From contig VGJO01000002.1 in assembly GCA_016867415.1 (NCBI GenBank), positions 6,835 to 70,834 on the forward strand: 64,000 bases of DNA, written 5' to 3'. This document shows, piece after piece, positions 10,809-19,460 of this stretch. A program made the position numbers and the translations under genes. Position 1 is the stretch's first letter, and every line of letters starts with the position of its first letter. Origin of the DNA: Candidatus Harrisonbacteria bacterium (lineage in GTDB: Bacteria; Patescibacteriota; Minisyncoccia; UBA6257; UBA11618). A model generated the notes under the pieces. That model saw only the letters and a list, made by a program, of their open reading frames with translations, had not been told where the DNA came from and searched no databases.

Positions 10809-10817
10809 ACCAAAGCT

Positions 10818-11072
10818 ATGAAATCTATAGATAAAAAAATCATCAAGCGGACTCTGCAAGGAGTAGTTGTCTCCGACAAAATGCAGAAGACGGCTATCGT
10901 CGAGGTCGAGACCGTCAAAAAACATCCTCGCTATGAAAAGCACTATAAGGTCAATAAGCGCTACAAAGCCCATAATGAAGACAATCAGTATAAAGTTGGT
11001 GATGTAGTAGTGATGGAAGAAACTCGTCCATTGTCAAAAGATAAAAGATGGGTTATAATTAAAAAATCCTAA
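10818..11072 (+). CDS. rpsQ: 30S ribosomal protein S17
   Basis: GVVVSDKMQKT, ETRPLSKDKRW. Confidence 0.97.
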   Translation: MKSIDKKIIKRTLQGVVVSDKMQKTAIVEVETVKKHPRYEKHYKVNKRYKAHNEDNQYKVGDVVVMEETRPLSKDKRWVIIKKS

Positions 11073-11076
11073 ATCT

Positions 11077-11442
11077 ATGTTGCAGTTACGGTCATTAGTA
11101 AAAGTCGCTGATAACACTGGCGCCAAAATAATCAATGTCTTCCGCATCCTAGGTGGCAGCCGCAAACGCTATGCTCGCTTGGGTGAGATTTTGATCGCTT
11201 CCGTGCGAGAAGCCGAACCCCGCAAGCAAGTCAAGAAAAAAGACATAGTCCGTTGCGTCGTGGTCCGTACTGCCAATCCCATCCGCCGTCCTGATGGTTC
11301 CTATCTCCGCTTTGATGAAAATGCTGTCGTGATTATCAATGAAAAAAATGAACCTCGCGGTACCCGTCTTTTTGGTCCCGTTCCTCGCGAGCTCAAAGAA
11401 AAATACGAAAAAATTTTTTCTTTAGCGGAAGATATTGTCTAA
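11077..11442 (+). CDS. rplN: 50S ribosomal protein L14
   Basis: VADNTGAK, FDENAVV, GTRLFGPVPREL. Confidence 0.97.
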   Translation: MLQLRSLVKVADNTGAKIINVFRILGGSRKRYARLGEILIASVREAEPRKQVKKKDIVRCVVVRTANPIRRPDGSYLRFDENAVVIINEKNEPRGTRLFGPVPRELKEKYEKIFSLAEDIV

Positions 11443-11446
11443 AACT

Positions 11447-11761
11447 ATGGCTATCAAAATAAAAAAAGGAGATATGGTCCAAGTGTTAACCGGTAAAGAT
11501 GCGGGCAAATCCGGCAAGGTTCTTGAGATCGACAAAAAGACTAGCCGTCTCCGTGTAGACGGTATCAATGTTTTCAAGAAATTCGTAAAGAGTCAGACTA
11601 AGTCCGACAAAGGCAGCGAAGCGGTCACTATGAACCGTTCTCTTTCAATAAGCAATGTTTTGATTCTCTGCAAGAACTGCGGCAAAGCGTCTCGGATCGG
11701 TTATAAGATCGAGGGTGACAAGAAATTCCGCATTTGCAAGAAGTGTAAAGCGGTAATCTAA
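11447..11761 (+). CDS. rplX: 50S ribosomal protein L24
   Basis: IKKGDMVQVLTGKDAGKSG KOW motif; CxxC pairs. Confidence 0.95.
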   Translation: MAIKIKKGDMVQVLTGKDAGKSGKVLEIDKKTSRLRVDGINVFKKFVKSQTKSDKGSEAVTMNRSLSISNVLILCKNCGKASRIGYKIEGDKKFRICKKCKAVI

Positions 11762-11765
11762 ACCT

Positions 11766-12266
11766 ATGAAAAAGACTGGAGAAAAAAACTACAGAAACGA
11801 ATTCGAAAAAGTGGTAGTCAACAGCGGTATCGGCCGCTTGTCGATCAACACCCCCGGCTTCGAAGACAAGCTTCTTCCTGAAATCATGAAGGAGTTTACC
11901 GCTATCACCGCCCAAAAAGGAATGACGAGACCAGCTAAGAAGTCCATTGCCGGCTTCAAGACCCGAGAAGGCAATATCGTTGGAATCAAAGCCACTCTTC
12001 GCGGCAAGCGAATGGTTGATTTTCTCAATCGAATCATCAAGATCATTCTTCCTCGTCTCCGTGACTTCCGCGGCATTGATATCAATAATGTTGATACCCA
12101 TGGCAATCTTTCCATTGGTCTTCGCGATCACGTCGTTTTTCCAGAAATCAACCAAGAAAATAGTCGCGCCGCCTTCGGTGTCGAGATTACCATTGTTCCC
12201 AGAGTTAGGAATCGCGACATGGCTATCGAGACCTATCGTGAACTTGGCATCCCGTTTCAAAGATAA
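11766..12266 (+). CDS. rplE: 50S ribosomal protein L5 (short N-terminus)
   Basis: EKVVVNSGIG, AKKSIAGFKTREG, LPRLRDFRG. Confidence 0.96.
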   Translation: MKKTGEKNYRNEFEKVVVNSGIGRLSINTPGFEDKLLPEIMKEFTAITAQKGMTRPAKKSIAGFKTREGNIVGIKATLRGKRMVDFLNRIIKIILPRLRDFRGIDINNVDTHGNLSIGLRDHVVFPEINQENSRAAFGVEITIVPRVRNRDMAIETYRELGIPFQR

Positions 12267-12311
12267 AGTTGCAATTAAGCTCTAAACAAGTTACATTCAC
12301 TAGACAAAAAT

Positions 12312-12497
12312 ATGGCCAAGACTTCCGTAATCGCTCGCTCGCAAAAACCGCCAAAGTTTTCTACTCGGATTGTCCGACGTTGTTTTCGCTGTGGTCGTAA
12401 GCATGGCTATATGCGCGATTTCGGCATCTGCCGCATTTGCTTTAGAGAAATGGCCAGCAAGGGCGAAATTCCTGGAGTTCATAAATCTAGCTGGTAA
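12312..12497 (+). CDS. rpsN: 30S ribosomal protein S14, Zn-binding type
   Basis: [15 protein letters not shown]; 61 aa. Confidence 0.97.
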   Translation: MAKTSVIARSQKPPKFSTRIVRRCFRCGRKHGYMRDFGICRICFREMASKGEIPGVHKSSW

Positions 12498-12506
12498 ACA
12501 AAAGAT

Positions 12507-12893
12507 ATGTACGGACAAATTCTCACTCGCTTAAAAAACGCTACTATGGCTCGCCATGACGCTTTCCGTGTCCCGCACACAAAGCGCAGCTTAATCATCG
12601 CTGAAATCCTAGAAAAAAATGGTTATATAAAAGGCATTGCCAAAAAAGGCCGCACTGAAACCAGTCGCTTTTTAGAGCTTAAGATTAGCTACGACGAAAA
12701 TGGTCGTCCCGTATTCAGCGATTTCAAGCTCGTCAGCAAGCCTTCTCGCCGTCTCTACGCTGGCTATAAAGATTTCAAGCCGGTAAAAAGCGGTTATGGC
12801 CACCTTGTAGTCAGCACCCCGCAAGGGATTATGACTAGCAAAGAAGCCCGCAAGCAAAAAGCCGGCGGCGAACTCCTCTTTGAAATCTGGTAA
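12507..12893 (+). CDS. rpsH: 30S ribosomal protein S8
   Basis: VSKPSRRLY, VSTPQGIMT, GGELLFEIW. Confidence 0.96.
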   Translation: MYGQILTRLKNATMARHDAFRVPHTKRSLIIAEILEKNGYIKGIAKKGRTETSRFLELKISYDENGRPVFSDFKLVSKPSRRLYAGYKDFKPVKSGYGHLVVSTPQGIMTSKEARKQKAGGELLFEIW

Positions 12894-12895
12894 CC

Positions 12896-12921
12896 AAAAA
12901 ACCGCAAACGCGGTTTTTTTT
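12896..12921 (+). terminator. intrinsic terminator after rpsH
   Basis: aaaaaaccgc-aaac-gcggtttttttt. Confidence 0.7.
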
Positions 12922-13067
12922 CTGGTATTGTCATTCTGAACTCCTAGAAGCGATTAAGCGCTCTCTAGAGAACGGCAAGAAACATAGCCGCTCAATAATG
13001 GACGATCCTAAGGGAGAGATCATTCAGAAGGCATAATCTTCTTCAAATATCTAAATTTCACCCACTT

Positions 13068-13095
13068 ACCCCGCATCTTGCGGGGCTTTTCTTTT
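13068..13095 (+). terminator. second terminator-like hairpin in rpsH-rplF gap
   Basis: ccccgca-tct-tgcgggg followed by cttttctttt. Confidence 0.6.
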
Positions 13096-13111
13096 AAAAA
13101 TACAAACCATC

Positions 13112-13140
13112 TTGCAAAACAAAACGCAATTTGCTAGACT
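13112..13140 (+). promoter_or_regulatory. internal promoter upstream of rplF
   Basis: TTGCAA-N17-TAGACT with extended -10 TG. Confidence 0.55.
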
Positions 13141-13160
13141 TACGCTACTTTTCTAAATAC

Positions 13161-13706
13161 ATGAGCCGCTTAGGAAAAAAGCCAATTGAGATCCCTGAAG
13201 GGATCGAAGTCACCACTTCTGACTCTATCATCACCGTTAAAGGCAAGATGGGTACCTTGACCGTACCCATCCTCCCTTTCATCAAGGCTGAAGCCAAGGA
13301 TAAAGCTATGACCTTTGAAGTCTTGGGCGACAATCACCAGGGCTTAATCAATCTAGGTACCATCGCCTCTCTTTTTAAAAATGCCTTAGTCGGTCTCGAG
13401 ACTGGCTATGCTAAATCATTAAAGATCGAAGGTGTCGGCTATAAAGTCGCCGTTGAAGGTAAAAATCTTTCTTTCAATGTCGGCTTCAGTCATCCGGTAA
13501 AGTTTATCGTTCCCGAAGGCATTAAAGCAGAGGTGGATAAAAATACCATTAAGATCAGTGGTATCGACAAATATCTCGTTGGCCAGACCGCGGCCAATAT
13601 CCGCAAGATCAAAAAGCCCGAGCCCTACAAAGGCAAGGGGATTCGCTACGAAAACGAAGTCGTTCGCCGCAAGGCCGGCAAGAAAGTCGGTGCCTCCGCC
13701 GCCTAA
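13161..13706 (+). CDS. rplF: 50S ribosomal protein L6
   Basis: MSRLGKKPI, KPEPYKGKGIRY. Confidence 0.97.
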   Translation: MSRLGKKPIEIPEGIEVTTSDSIITVKGKMGTLTVPILPFIKAEAKDKAMTFEVLGDNHQGLINLGTIASLFKNALVGLETGYAKSLKIEGVGYKVAVEGKNLSFNVGFSHPVKFIVPEGIKAEVDKNTIKISGIDKYLVGQTAANIRKIKKPEPYKGKGIRYENEVVRRKAGKKVGASAA

Positions 13707-13718
13707 ACCATCACGACC

Positions 13719-14063
13719 ATGAAAAAAATTCTTATCAACAAAAGAAAGCAAGCTCGTGCCAAGCGCATCCGCGCCAAGATTTTTGGTGTTGCGGCAAAAC
13801 CCCGCCTTTCCGTCTTCCGTAGCAACAAATACACTTATGCTCAGCTAATCGATGATAGCAAGGGAATAACTCTTATCTCGGGCAATACAAAAACTGAAAA
13901 AGGAAAAAAATCCGAACGCGCTCTTACCCTTGGCAAGAATCTCGCCGAAAAAGCTAAAAAGTCCGGCATTGAAGCCGTCATCTTTGATAAAGGTTCCTAT
14001 AAATATCACGGTCGGATAAAATCGATTGCCGATGGCGCTCGAGAAGGTGGACTCAAATTTTAA
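13719..14063 (+). CDS. rplR: 50S ribosomal protein L18
   Basis: PRLSVFRSNK, YHGRIKSIADGAREGGLKF. Confidence 0.97.
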   Translation: MKKILINKRKQARAKRIRAKIFGVAAKPRLSVFRSNKYTYAQLIDDSKGITLISGNTKTEKGKKSERALTLGKNLAEKAKKSGIEAVIFDKGSYKYHGRIKSIADGAREGGLKF

Positions 14064-14072
14064 TACATAATT

Positions 14073-14708
14073 ATGGAAAACACTCCAAACAAAAATATAA
14101 GTGCTCCTCGCTCCAGTAATCAGCGCAGCTACTCCTCCGATCGTGGTCCTTCTCGCGATGGCGCTCGCGGTCCTCGCCGTTTTGGTGACAAGAAGCCCGC
14201 TCCATTTATAAAAACTGATGGTTTTAAAGAAAAAGTGATCGACATGCGCCGCGTCACCCGCGTGGTCGCTGGTGGTAAGCGCTTTCGCTTCCGGGCCACA
14301 ATCATCATTGGCGATGAAAAAGGCCAGGTCGGTGTCGGTATTGCAAAAGGCGCTGATGTCGCCCAGGCCGTTGATAAGGCTAAAACCGCCGCCAAAAAAG
14401 CCTTGATCCGCGTAGGCACTAAAGGCACCACTATTATTCATGAAGTAAGCGCCAAGTTCGGCGCCGCAAGAGTGATGATCAAACCTGCTCCGGTAGGTCA
14501 TGGTCTCCGGGCTGGTGGTTCTTCCCGCGTCGTGCTTGCTATGGCCGGCATAAAAGACGCGATCGGCAAGACCTTAGGCTCGACTACCAATAAGCTCACC
14601 AATGCGATCGCCACCATCCACGCCTTGGAAAAAATCAAGGTAAAGCCCGCCGCCCCGAAGGAAAAAGTCGCATTAGAAACCTCTGCCCCCGCGGCCGAAA
14701 CGAAATAA
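14073..14708 (+). CDS. rpsE: 30S ribosomal protein S5
   Basis: RVTRVVAGGKRFRF, KPAPVGHGLRAGG. Confidence 0.97.
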   Translation: MENTPNKNISAPRSSNQRSYSSDRGPSRDGARGPRRFGDKKPAPFIKTDGFKEKVIDMRRVTRVVAGGKRFRFRATIIIGDEKGQVGVGIAKGADVAQAVDKAKTAAKKALIRVGTKGTTIIHEVSAKFGAARVMIKPAPVGHGLRAGGSSRVVLAMAGIKDAIGKTLGSTTNKLTNAIATIHALEKIKVKPAAPKEKVALETSAPAAETK

Positions 14709-14712
14709 ATCT

Positions 14713-15174
14713 ATGCAACTTCACGATTTACGTCCTCATCACTTAAAAGAAAAGAAAAAAACCCGCGTCGGCCGTGGCGGCAAACGGGGCACTTACTCTG
14801 GTCGCGGTAGCAACGGTCAGAAACAACATGCCGGTCGCCGCATCAAGCCCGCTATTTCCAATCTCATTATTCGTCTTCCAAAACTCCGGGGTTTCAAAAA
14901 TAAGCCCAAGAGTCCCAAGGCGATTATTATAAACATTAAAGATCTTGCAAAGCTCAAAAGCGACATTGTCTCTCCCGTCACTCTTCTTGAGGCTGGCTTT
15001 ATTGTAAAGCGAGACTTAGGGAGCAAGATCAAGCTCTTAAGTGATGGAGAAGCTATGAAGGCCTATACAGTGAGCCCCGAAATCATCACCTCCGTTCTTG
15101 CAAGGAATAAGATTGAAAAAGCCGGCGGTAAAGTCTCTGCCGACGTTTCTTCTGAAACAAATAAGGTACAATAA
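14713..15174 (+). CDS. rplO: 50S ribosomal protein L15 (no L30 gene before it)
   Basis: RVGRGGKRGTYSGRG, RLPKLRGF, KIEKAGG. Confidence 0.95.
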   Translation: MQLHDLRPHHLKEKKKTRVGRGGKRGTYSGRGSNGQKQHAGRRIKPAISNLIIRLPKLRGFKNKPKSPKAIIINIKDLAKLKSDIVSPVTLLEAGFIVKRDLGSKIKLLSDGEAMKAYTVSPEIITSVLARNKIEKAGGKVSADVSSETNKVQ

Positions 15175-15184
15175 AAAGTACAAT

Positions 15185-16462
15185 ATGTTTGAAAAAATAC
15201 TCCGTATTGTGAAAAGCCCCGACCTGTTAGGCCGCATTGGGATTATATCCGGTATACTCATCGCTTTCCGCCTGATGGCCGCTGTCCCGATTCCCGGTAT
15301 CGATTCCACTCGGCTTATCGACCTTTTTAATTCTAATAGTATCCTAGGCTTCTTAAATGTTTTCTCCGGTGGCGCCTTAAGCAGTCTCTCGATCGTCATG
15401 CTTGGCGTTGGTCCCTATATTACTGCGAGCATCGTCCTTCAGCTTCTCACGATGATCTTCCCAAAGCTCAAGGCCCTGTATTATGAAAATGGCAGCCGAG
15501 GCCGAGCTCAGCTAAATCGAATCACTCGTCAGCTCTCCGTCCCGCTTGCCGCCCTTCAGGCATACACATTTTTAAATCTTCTTAATCAGCAAGGTGTCTT
15601 CACTGACTTTACTCCACTTTCCGTGATTACCAATGTGATTGTCGCCACCGCTGGTAGTCTTATCTTGGTCTGGCTAGGAGACATTATCACCGAACAAAAG
15701 CTCGGCAATGGCGTCTCCCTCCTCATCTTTGCCGGTATCGTAAGTGCCATTCCCGAGACTATCCGCAATTCTATCCTTACCTATGATGCCGGTCAGCTTC
15801 CCACCTATATTGCCTATGCGTTGATTGCTATTGCGGTTGTAGGAGGTGTCGTCTTGGTCACCCAAGGTGAGCGAAAGATCAATATTCTTTATGCTCGCCA
15901 AATCCGGGGTATGAGTACCGGTGGCGCCATCAGTAACACCTCCTATCTTCCTATCAAGGTCAATCAAGCTGGCGTCATTCCCATCATCTTTGCTGTCTCA
16001 ATCATTCTTTTCCCGCAATTTCTCTCTCAGATAATCGCTCTCATCTATCCGAGCGTTGGCGCAATCCTTGCAGACTGGAGCAATTACCTTCTCCAAAATC
16101 AGTGGGTCTATAGCATCATCTACTTCGTCCTCGTCTTTGCCTTCACCTTCTTCTATACCTCAATCACCTTTGAGCCCAAAGAAATTGCCCTGAATCTTAA
16201 GCGTTCCGGCGGATCGATCCCTGGTATCCGTCCTGGTGAACCCACCGAAGAACATCTCGGCACTATTTCCAATCGAGTTACCCTCTTTGGCGCGCTCTTC
16301 CTCGGCCTGATTGCCATCTTCCCCAATATCACCCAAGCCATCACCGGCGCTACTAATCTCTCCATCCAAGGCACTTCTCTCTTAATTGTCGTCTCTGTCG
16401 CCCTTGATTCCATCCGCCAACTAAACTCCCAGCTCGCCCTCCGCGAATACGAAATCTCTTAA
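15185..16462 (+). CDS. secY: preprotein translocase SecY
   Basis: LGVGPYITASI, GNGVSLLIFAGI, AGVIPIIFA, IPGIRPG. Confidence 0.98.
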   Translation: MFEKILRIVKSPDLLGRIGIISGILIAFRLMAAVPIPGIDSTRLIDLFNSNSILGFLNVFSGGALSSLSIVMLGVGPYITASIVLQLLTMIFPKLKALYYENGSRGRAQLNRITRQLSVPLAALQAYTFLNLLNQQGVFTDFTPLSVITNVIVATAGSLILVWLGDIITEQKLGNGVSLLIFAGIVSAIPETIRNSILTYDAGQLPTYIAYALIAIAVVGGVVLVTQGERKINILYARQIRGMSTGGAISNTSYLPIKVNQAGVIPIIFAVSIILFPQFLSQIIALIYPSVGAILADWSNYLLQNQWVYSIIYFVLVFAFTFFYTSITFEPKEIALNLKRSGGSIPGIRPGEPTEEHLGTISNRVTLFGALFLGLIAIFPNITQAITGATNLSIQGTSLLIVVSVALDSIRQLNSQLALREYEIS

Positions 16463-16576
16463 AAAACGCTTAGGTAGGATTAGGATAGTAAGCAGTCTGA
16501 AATGGTCTGAGCCAAAAAATGGCGCAATCTTCTCAAATATCTCTTCTCCTAAAAGAGCCTCAAAAATTTTATCCTC

Positions 16577-16605
16577 ACCCCCGTATCAATGGGGGTTTCT
16601 TTTTT
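16577..16605 (+). terminator. intrinsic terminator in secY-adk gap
   Basis: acccccgt-atca-atgggggt then ttctttttt. Confidence 0.6.
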
Positions 16606-16687
16606 AAATACATTTATCTTACGGCCGTAAGATCGTTATATCTTTAAAATTTCAAAATCTCCCCAAAAATGCTACTCTTTCTTCAAC

Positions 16688-17308
16688 ATGACCTCCTGGA
16701 AATCCCAATCTTTTGTTTTCATCGGCCACTCCGGCTCCGGAAAAAGCCTCCAAAGCCACCTCCTTGAAGAGGCGGTAAAAAAAGACGAGCCTGAAGCCGA
16801 GATAGTAAGTTTCTCCGTCGGCTCCCTCTTTCGCGCCCGCGCCGAAGGCGCCAATTTTTTCGCTCAAAAGATAAAAAATATTTTAATGAATGGCGGCCTC
16901 CCACCAGCCTGGCTCGCCGAGACGCTCTGGATCGAAAAGCTCGCAAATAGCATCCACTCGCAAGACGCCATAATCTTGAGCGAGAGCATGCCCCGCCGCC
17001 TACATGAAGCTGAAGTCTTTGACGACATTCTCCGTTTTCTCGGTAGGCCAAGAGCTATCCCAATATACCTCGACATTCCTAAAGATGAATCTCTCCGCCG
17101 TTTGAAAGAGCGAGCCGAACGCACCTCAGATAAAGACCCGAAAGCTCGCGAAGCCCTTTCCGCCTGGTTTGAGCGAGAAATTCCTGCTATTTTGAATTAC
17201 TATGATTCCCGGCTTATCTCTATTGATGGAGTAGGGGAGATAGAAGCGATTCACGAAAGAATTATGACCCATCTCTCTGAAAGTGGGCCTCTCTTGAAGA
17301 AAAAATAG
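16688..17308 (+). CDS. adk: adenylate-kinase-like nucleoside monophosphate kinase (divergent, LID-less)
   Basis: P-loop GHSGSGKS; position secY-adk-map; IDGVG. Confidence 0.75.
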   Translation: MTSWKSQSFVFIGHSGSGKSLQSHLLEEAVKKDEPEAEIVSFSVGSLFRARAEGANFFAQKIKNILMNGGLPPAWLAETLWIEKLANSIHSQDAIILSESMPRRLHEAEVFDDILRFLGRPRAIPIYLDIPKDESLRRLKERAERTSDKDPKAREALSAWFEREIPAILNYYDSRLISIDGVGEIEAIHERIMTHLSESGPLLKKK

Positions 17309-17329
17309 CAAAGAAAGTAATAGAAAATT

Positions 17330-18091
17330 TTGATTCACATAAAATCTAAAGATGAAATAGCTCTGATGAAAGAGGGTGGGGAAATCCTTCGGCACATCAA
17401 AGAAGAGCTTATTAAAGTCATCCGCGTCGGGACCTCGCTCCGCACCATCGATGACTATGCCTCCTCTCTTTTTGCCCGCTCCGGTGGCAAAGCGGCTTTC
17501 TTAGGCTACCGTCCCCAAGGTGCAAAAAAAGCCTACTCAGCCTCGATCTGCACCTCAATAAATGACATCATAGTCCACGGCCTACCCACCGAATATGCCA
17601 TTAATCCCGGCGACGTAGTCAAACTCGATCTTGGTATGCTCTATAAAGGTTTTTACACTGATACTGCCACCACCATCCTCGTCTCCCCAGTCAAAAAAGA
17701 AGTAAAAAATCTCCTTCTTGCCGCCGAAGTCGCCCTCGCGGAAGCCACCCTCATGTGTTCGCCCGGTCGCTCCATCTTTGATATTTCCAGAGCCATTGAG
17801 CGCACTGCCCGCCAATATGGCGTCTACCCCTGCATAGGTCTCACAGGCCACGGGATCGGCCGCAATCTCCACGAAGACCCCTGGATCCCAAACGATACAA
17901 AGTATGCCTCAAAAAAGATAGAGATAAAACCTGGCATGGTCCTTGCCATTGAGCCCATGTTTGCCTTAGGTACCGCCGAAGTCATCGAGCTCCCCGACGA
18001 AAGCTATGCCACCAAAGACAGCTCCGTCTGCGTCCATGTTGAACACACAATCGCCATTACCGAAACAAGCCGGGAAGTCCTCACCGCCTAA
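17330..18091 (+). CDS. map: methionine aminopeptidase type I
   Basis: CTSINDIIVHGLP, DLG..DTA, GHGIG..LHEDP, EPM, HVEHT. Confidence 0.97.
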   Translation: MIHIKSKDEIALMKEGGEILRHIKEELIKVIRVGTSLRTIDDYASSLFARSGGKAAFLGYRPQGAKKAYSASICTSINDIIVHGLPTEYAINPGDVVKLDLGMLYKGFYTDTATTILVSPVKKEVKNLLLAAEVALAEATLMCSPGRSIFDISRAIERTARQYGVYPCIGLTGHGIGRNLHEDPWIPNDTKYASKKIEIKPGMVLAIEPMFALGTAEVIELPDESYATKDSSVCVHVEHTIAITETSREVLTA

Positions 18092-18782
18092 TCCTAATTA
18101 TCTTCTCTCCTTCCTTGTCTTCATAAGCAATCTTGTCGAGCAAAAAAATCTCAGTCTCTTTATCCTAAAGCTCGACTATCTCCGGTCTCGTTTCAAATCT
18201 CCTATCTCTATTGGCCTTGTCCATTCCAAAAAAGAAACTATTACTGCCAAAGAAATTATTTTCTGCGAAAAAGCTACACGCTTTTTCCCTCACCTCTTCC
18301 TCATTCCTGACCATCCCCAAAAAGAAATCGTCTATAAGCACGCTTTAGAAAAGACCAAAAGCGACTGGCTCTTTTCTCTCTGTCCTCAAAGCTTCGCCGC
18401 TGAAGAAAAAGAAATATTACTCATCCTTAATCAGCTAAACGAAAAAATCGACCTTCTCCTCTTCGAACGAGAAAAAAAGTCTTCATTTTTTCGTTCTCTT
18501 CCCATTTCCTTTCTCTTTTGGATAAGAGGCCTCTTCATCAAAGATCTTCGCAATCCAAATTTTGTCATCCACCGCGCCCTCCTCCACTATATTTTAAATA
18601 TAGAAGAAAAATCCCCTGATTTTTTTATGGAAAATATCATTCTAAAAAGTGATGAGCACGGCGCCCGCATCAAAGTCTTCCCCCTTAAAAATCTAAGCTT
18701 CCTTTCTCCCACCGAAAAACATCCCCCCTCTTTCCTTGACGCTTTCCGCTTTGTATGCAAAAATCTAAAAGCAAAAAAGTAG
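18006..18782 (+). CDS. hypothetical protein, possibly degenerate glycosyltransferase-2-like; start uncertain
   Basis: long ORF filling map-greA gap; weak resemblance only. Confidence 0.45.
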   Translation: MPPKTAPSASMLNTQSPLPKQAGKSSPPNPNYLLSFLVFISNLVEQKNLSLFILKLDYLRSRFKSPISIGLVHSKKETITAKEIIFCEKATRFFPHLFLIPDHPQKEIVYKHALEKTKSDWLFSLCPQSFAAEEKEILLILNQLNEKIDLLLFEREKKSSFFRSLPISFLFWIRGLFIKDLRNPNFVIHRALLHYILNIEEKSPDFFMENIILKSDEHGARIKVFPLKNLSFLSPTEKHPPSFLDAFRFVCKNLKAKK

Positions 18783-18817
18783 CCTAAATAACTACGAAAA
18801 AGTGAGCAAAATTGCAA

Positions 18818-18970
18818 GCGAAGTAATTTTGAATTGAGTTTTCGATTTCTTTCTGAGGAGAATCCCAGGGTATTCTAAAAGAAGTATATATTTGCCTCGC
18901 TGATGTGTACTCGAGAAAGTGGGAAAAGCCAACGTAGAAAAAAATCGTAAAATCCGCCAAAAGTACGAGC
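18818..18970 (+). repeat. dispersed palindromic element, copy A
   Basis: gaagtaattttg..gagttttcgatttctttc...gaaaaaaatcgtaaaatccgccaaaagtacgagc. Confidence 0.85.
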
Positions 18971-18982
18971 ATATAAATAATT

Positions 18983-19450
18983 ATGAGCATCAGTGAACAA
19001 CAGTACTTTACAAAAGACCGTCTTGAAGAACTTAAAAAAGAACTCGAAGCCCTAAAGCATGATGGTCGTATTGAAATCTCCGAGCGGCTGAAGCGTGCCA
19101 AAGATCTGGGCGATCTTTCAGAAAATGCCGAATACCAGGAAGCGCGGGAATCCCAAAATATTCTAGAAAAAAGAATCTTCGAACTCGAAGAGATGATGAA
19201 GCATGCCGTCATCATCAAGAAATCCAGCGATCACACCCAAGTACGCATTGGCTCCACGATTATGACAAAGCACGGCAGCAAAGAACTCAAATTTACCATT
19301 GTGGGTGCGAATGAAGCTCGCCCTGAATCCGGTTTTATAAGCAACGAATCTCCTATTGGCAAAGCCTTCCTCGGAAAAAAAGCTGGAGATGAAGTCAAAT
19401 TTAAAGCTCCCAAGGGAGAAATGAGCTATAAAGTAGTCTCAGTAGATTAA
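18983..19450 (+). CDS. greA: transcription elongation factor GreA
   Basis: GDLSENAEY, ISNESPIGKAFLG. Confidence 0.97.
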   Translation: MSISEQQYFTKDRLEELKKELEALKHDGRIEISERLKRAKDLGDLSENAEYQEARESQNILEKRIFELEEMMKHAVIIKKSSDHTQVRIGSTIMTKHGSKELKFTIVGANEARPESGFISNESPIGKAFLGKKAGDEVKFKAPKGEMSYKVVSVD

Positions 19451-19460
19451 TCTTCCTCTT

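Noticed and set aside
14708-14713. Missing rpmD (uL30) as a novelty
   Set aside because: Established general feature of CPR bacteria.
398-16413. Many 60-220 aa antisense and alternate-frame ORFs over ribosomal genes
   Set aside because: Shadow ORFs of conserved genes favoured by the strand-biased codon usage; no motifs or start signals.
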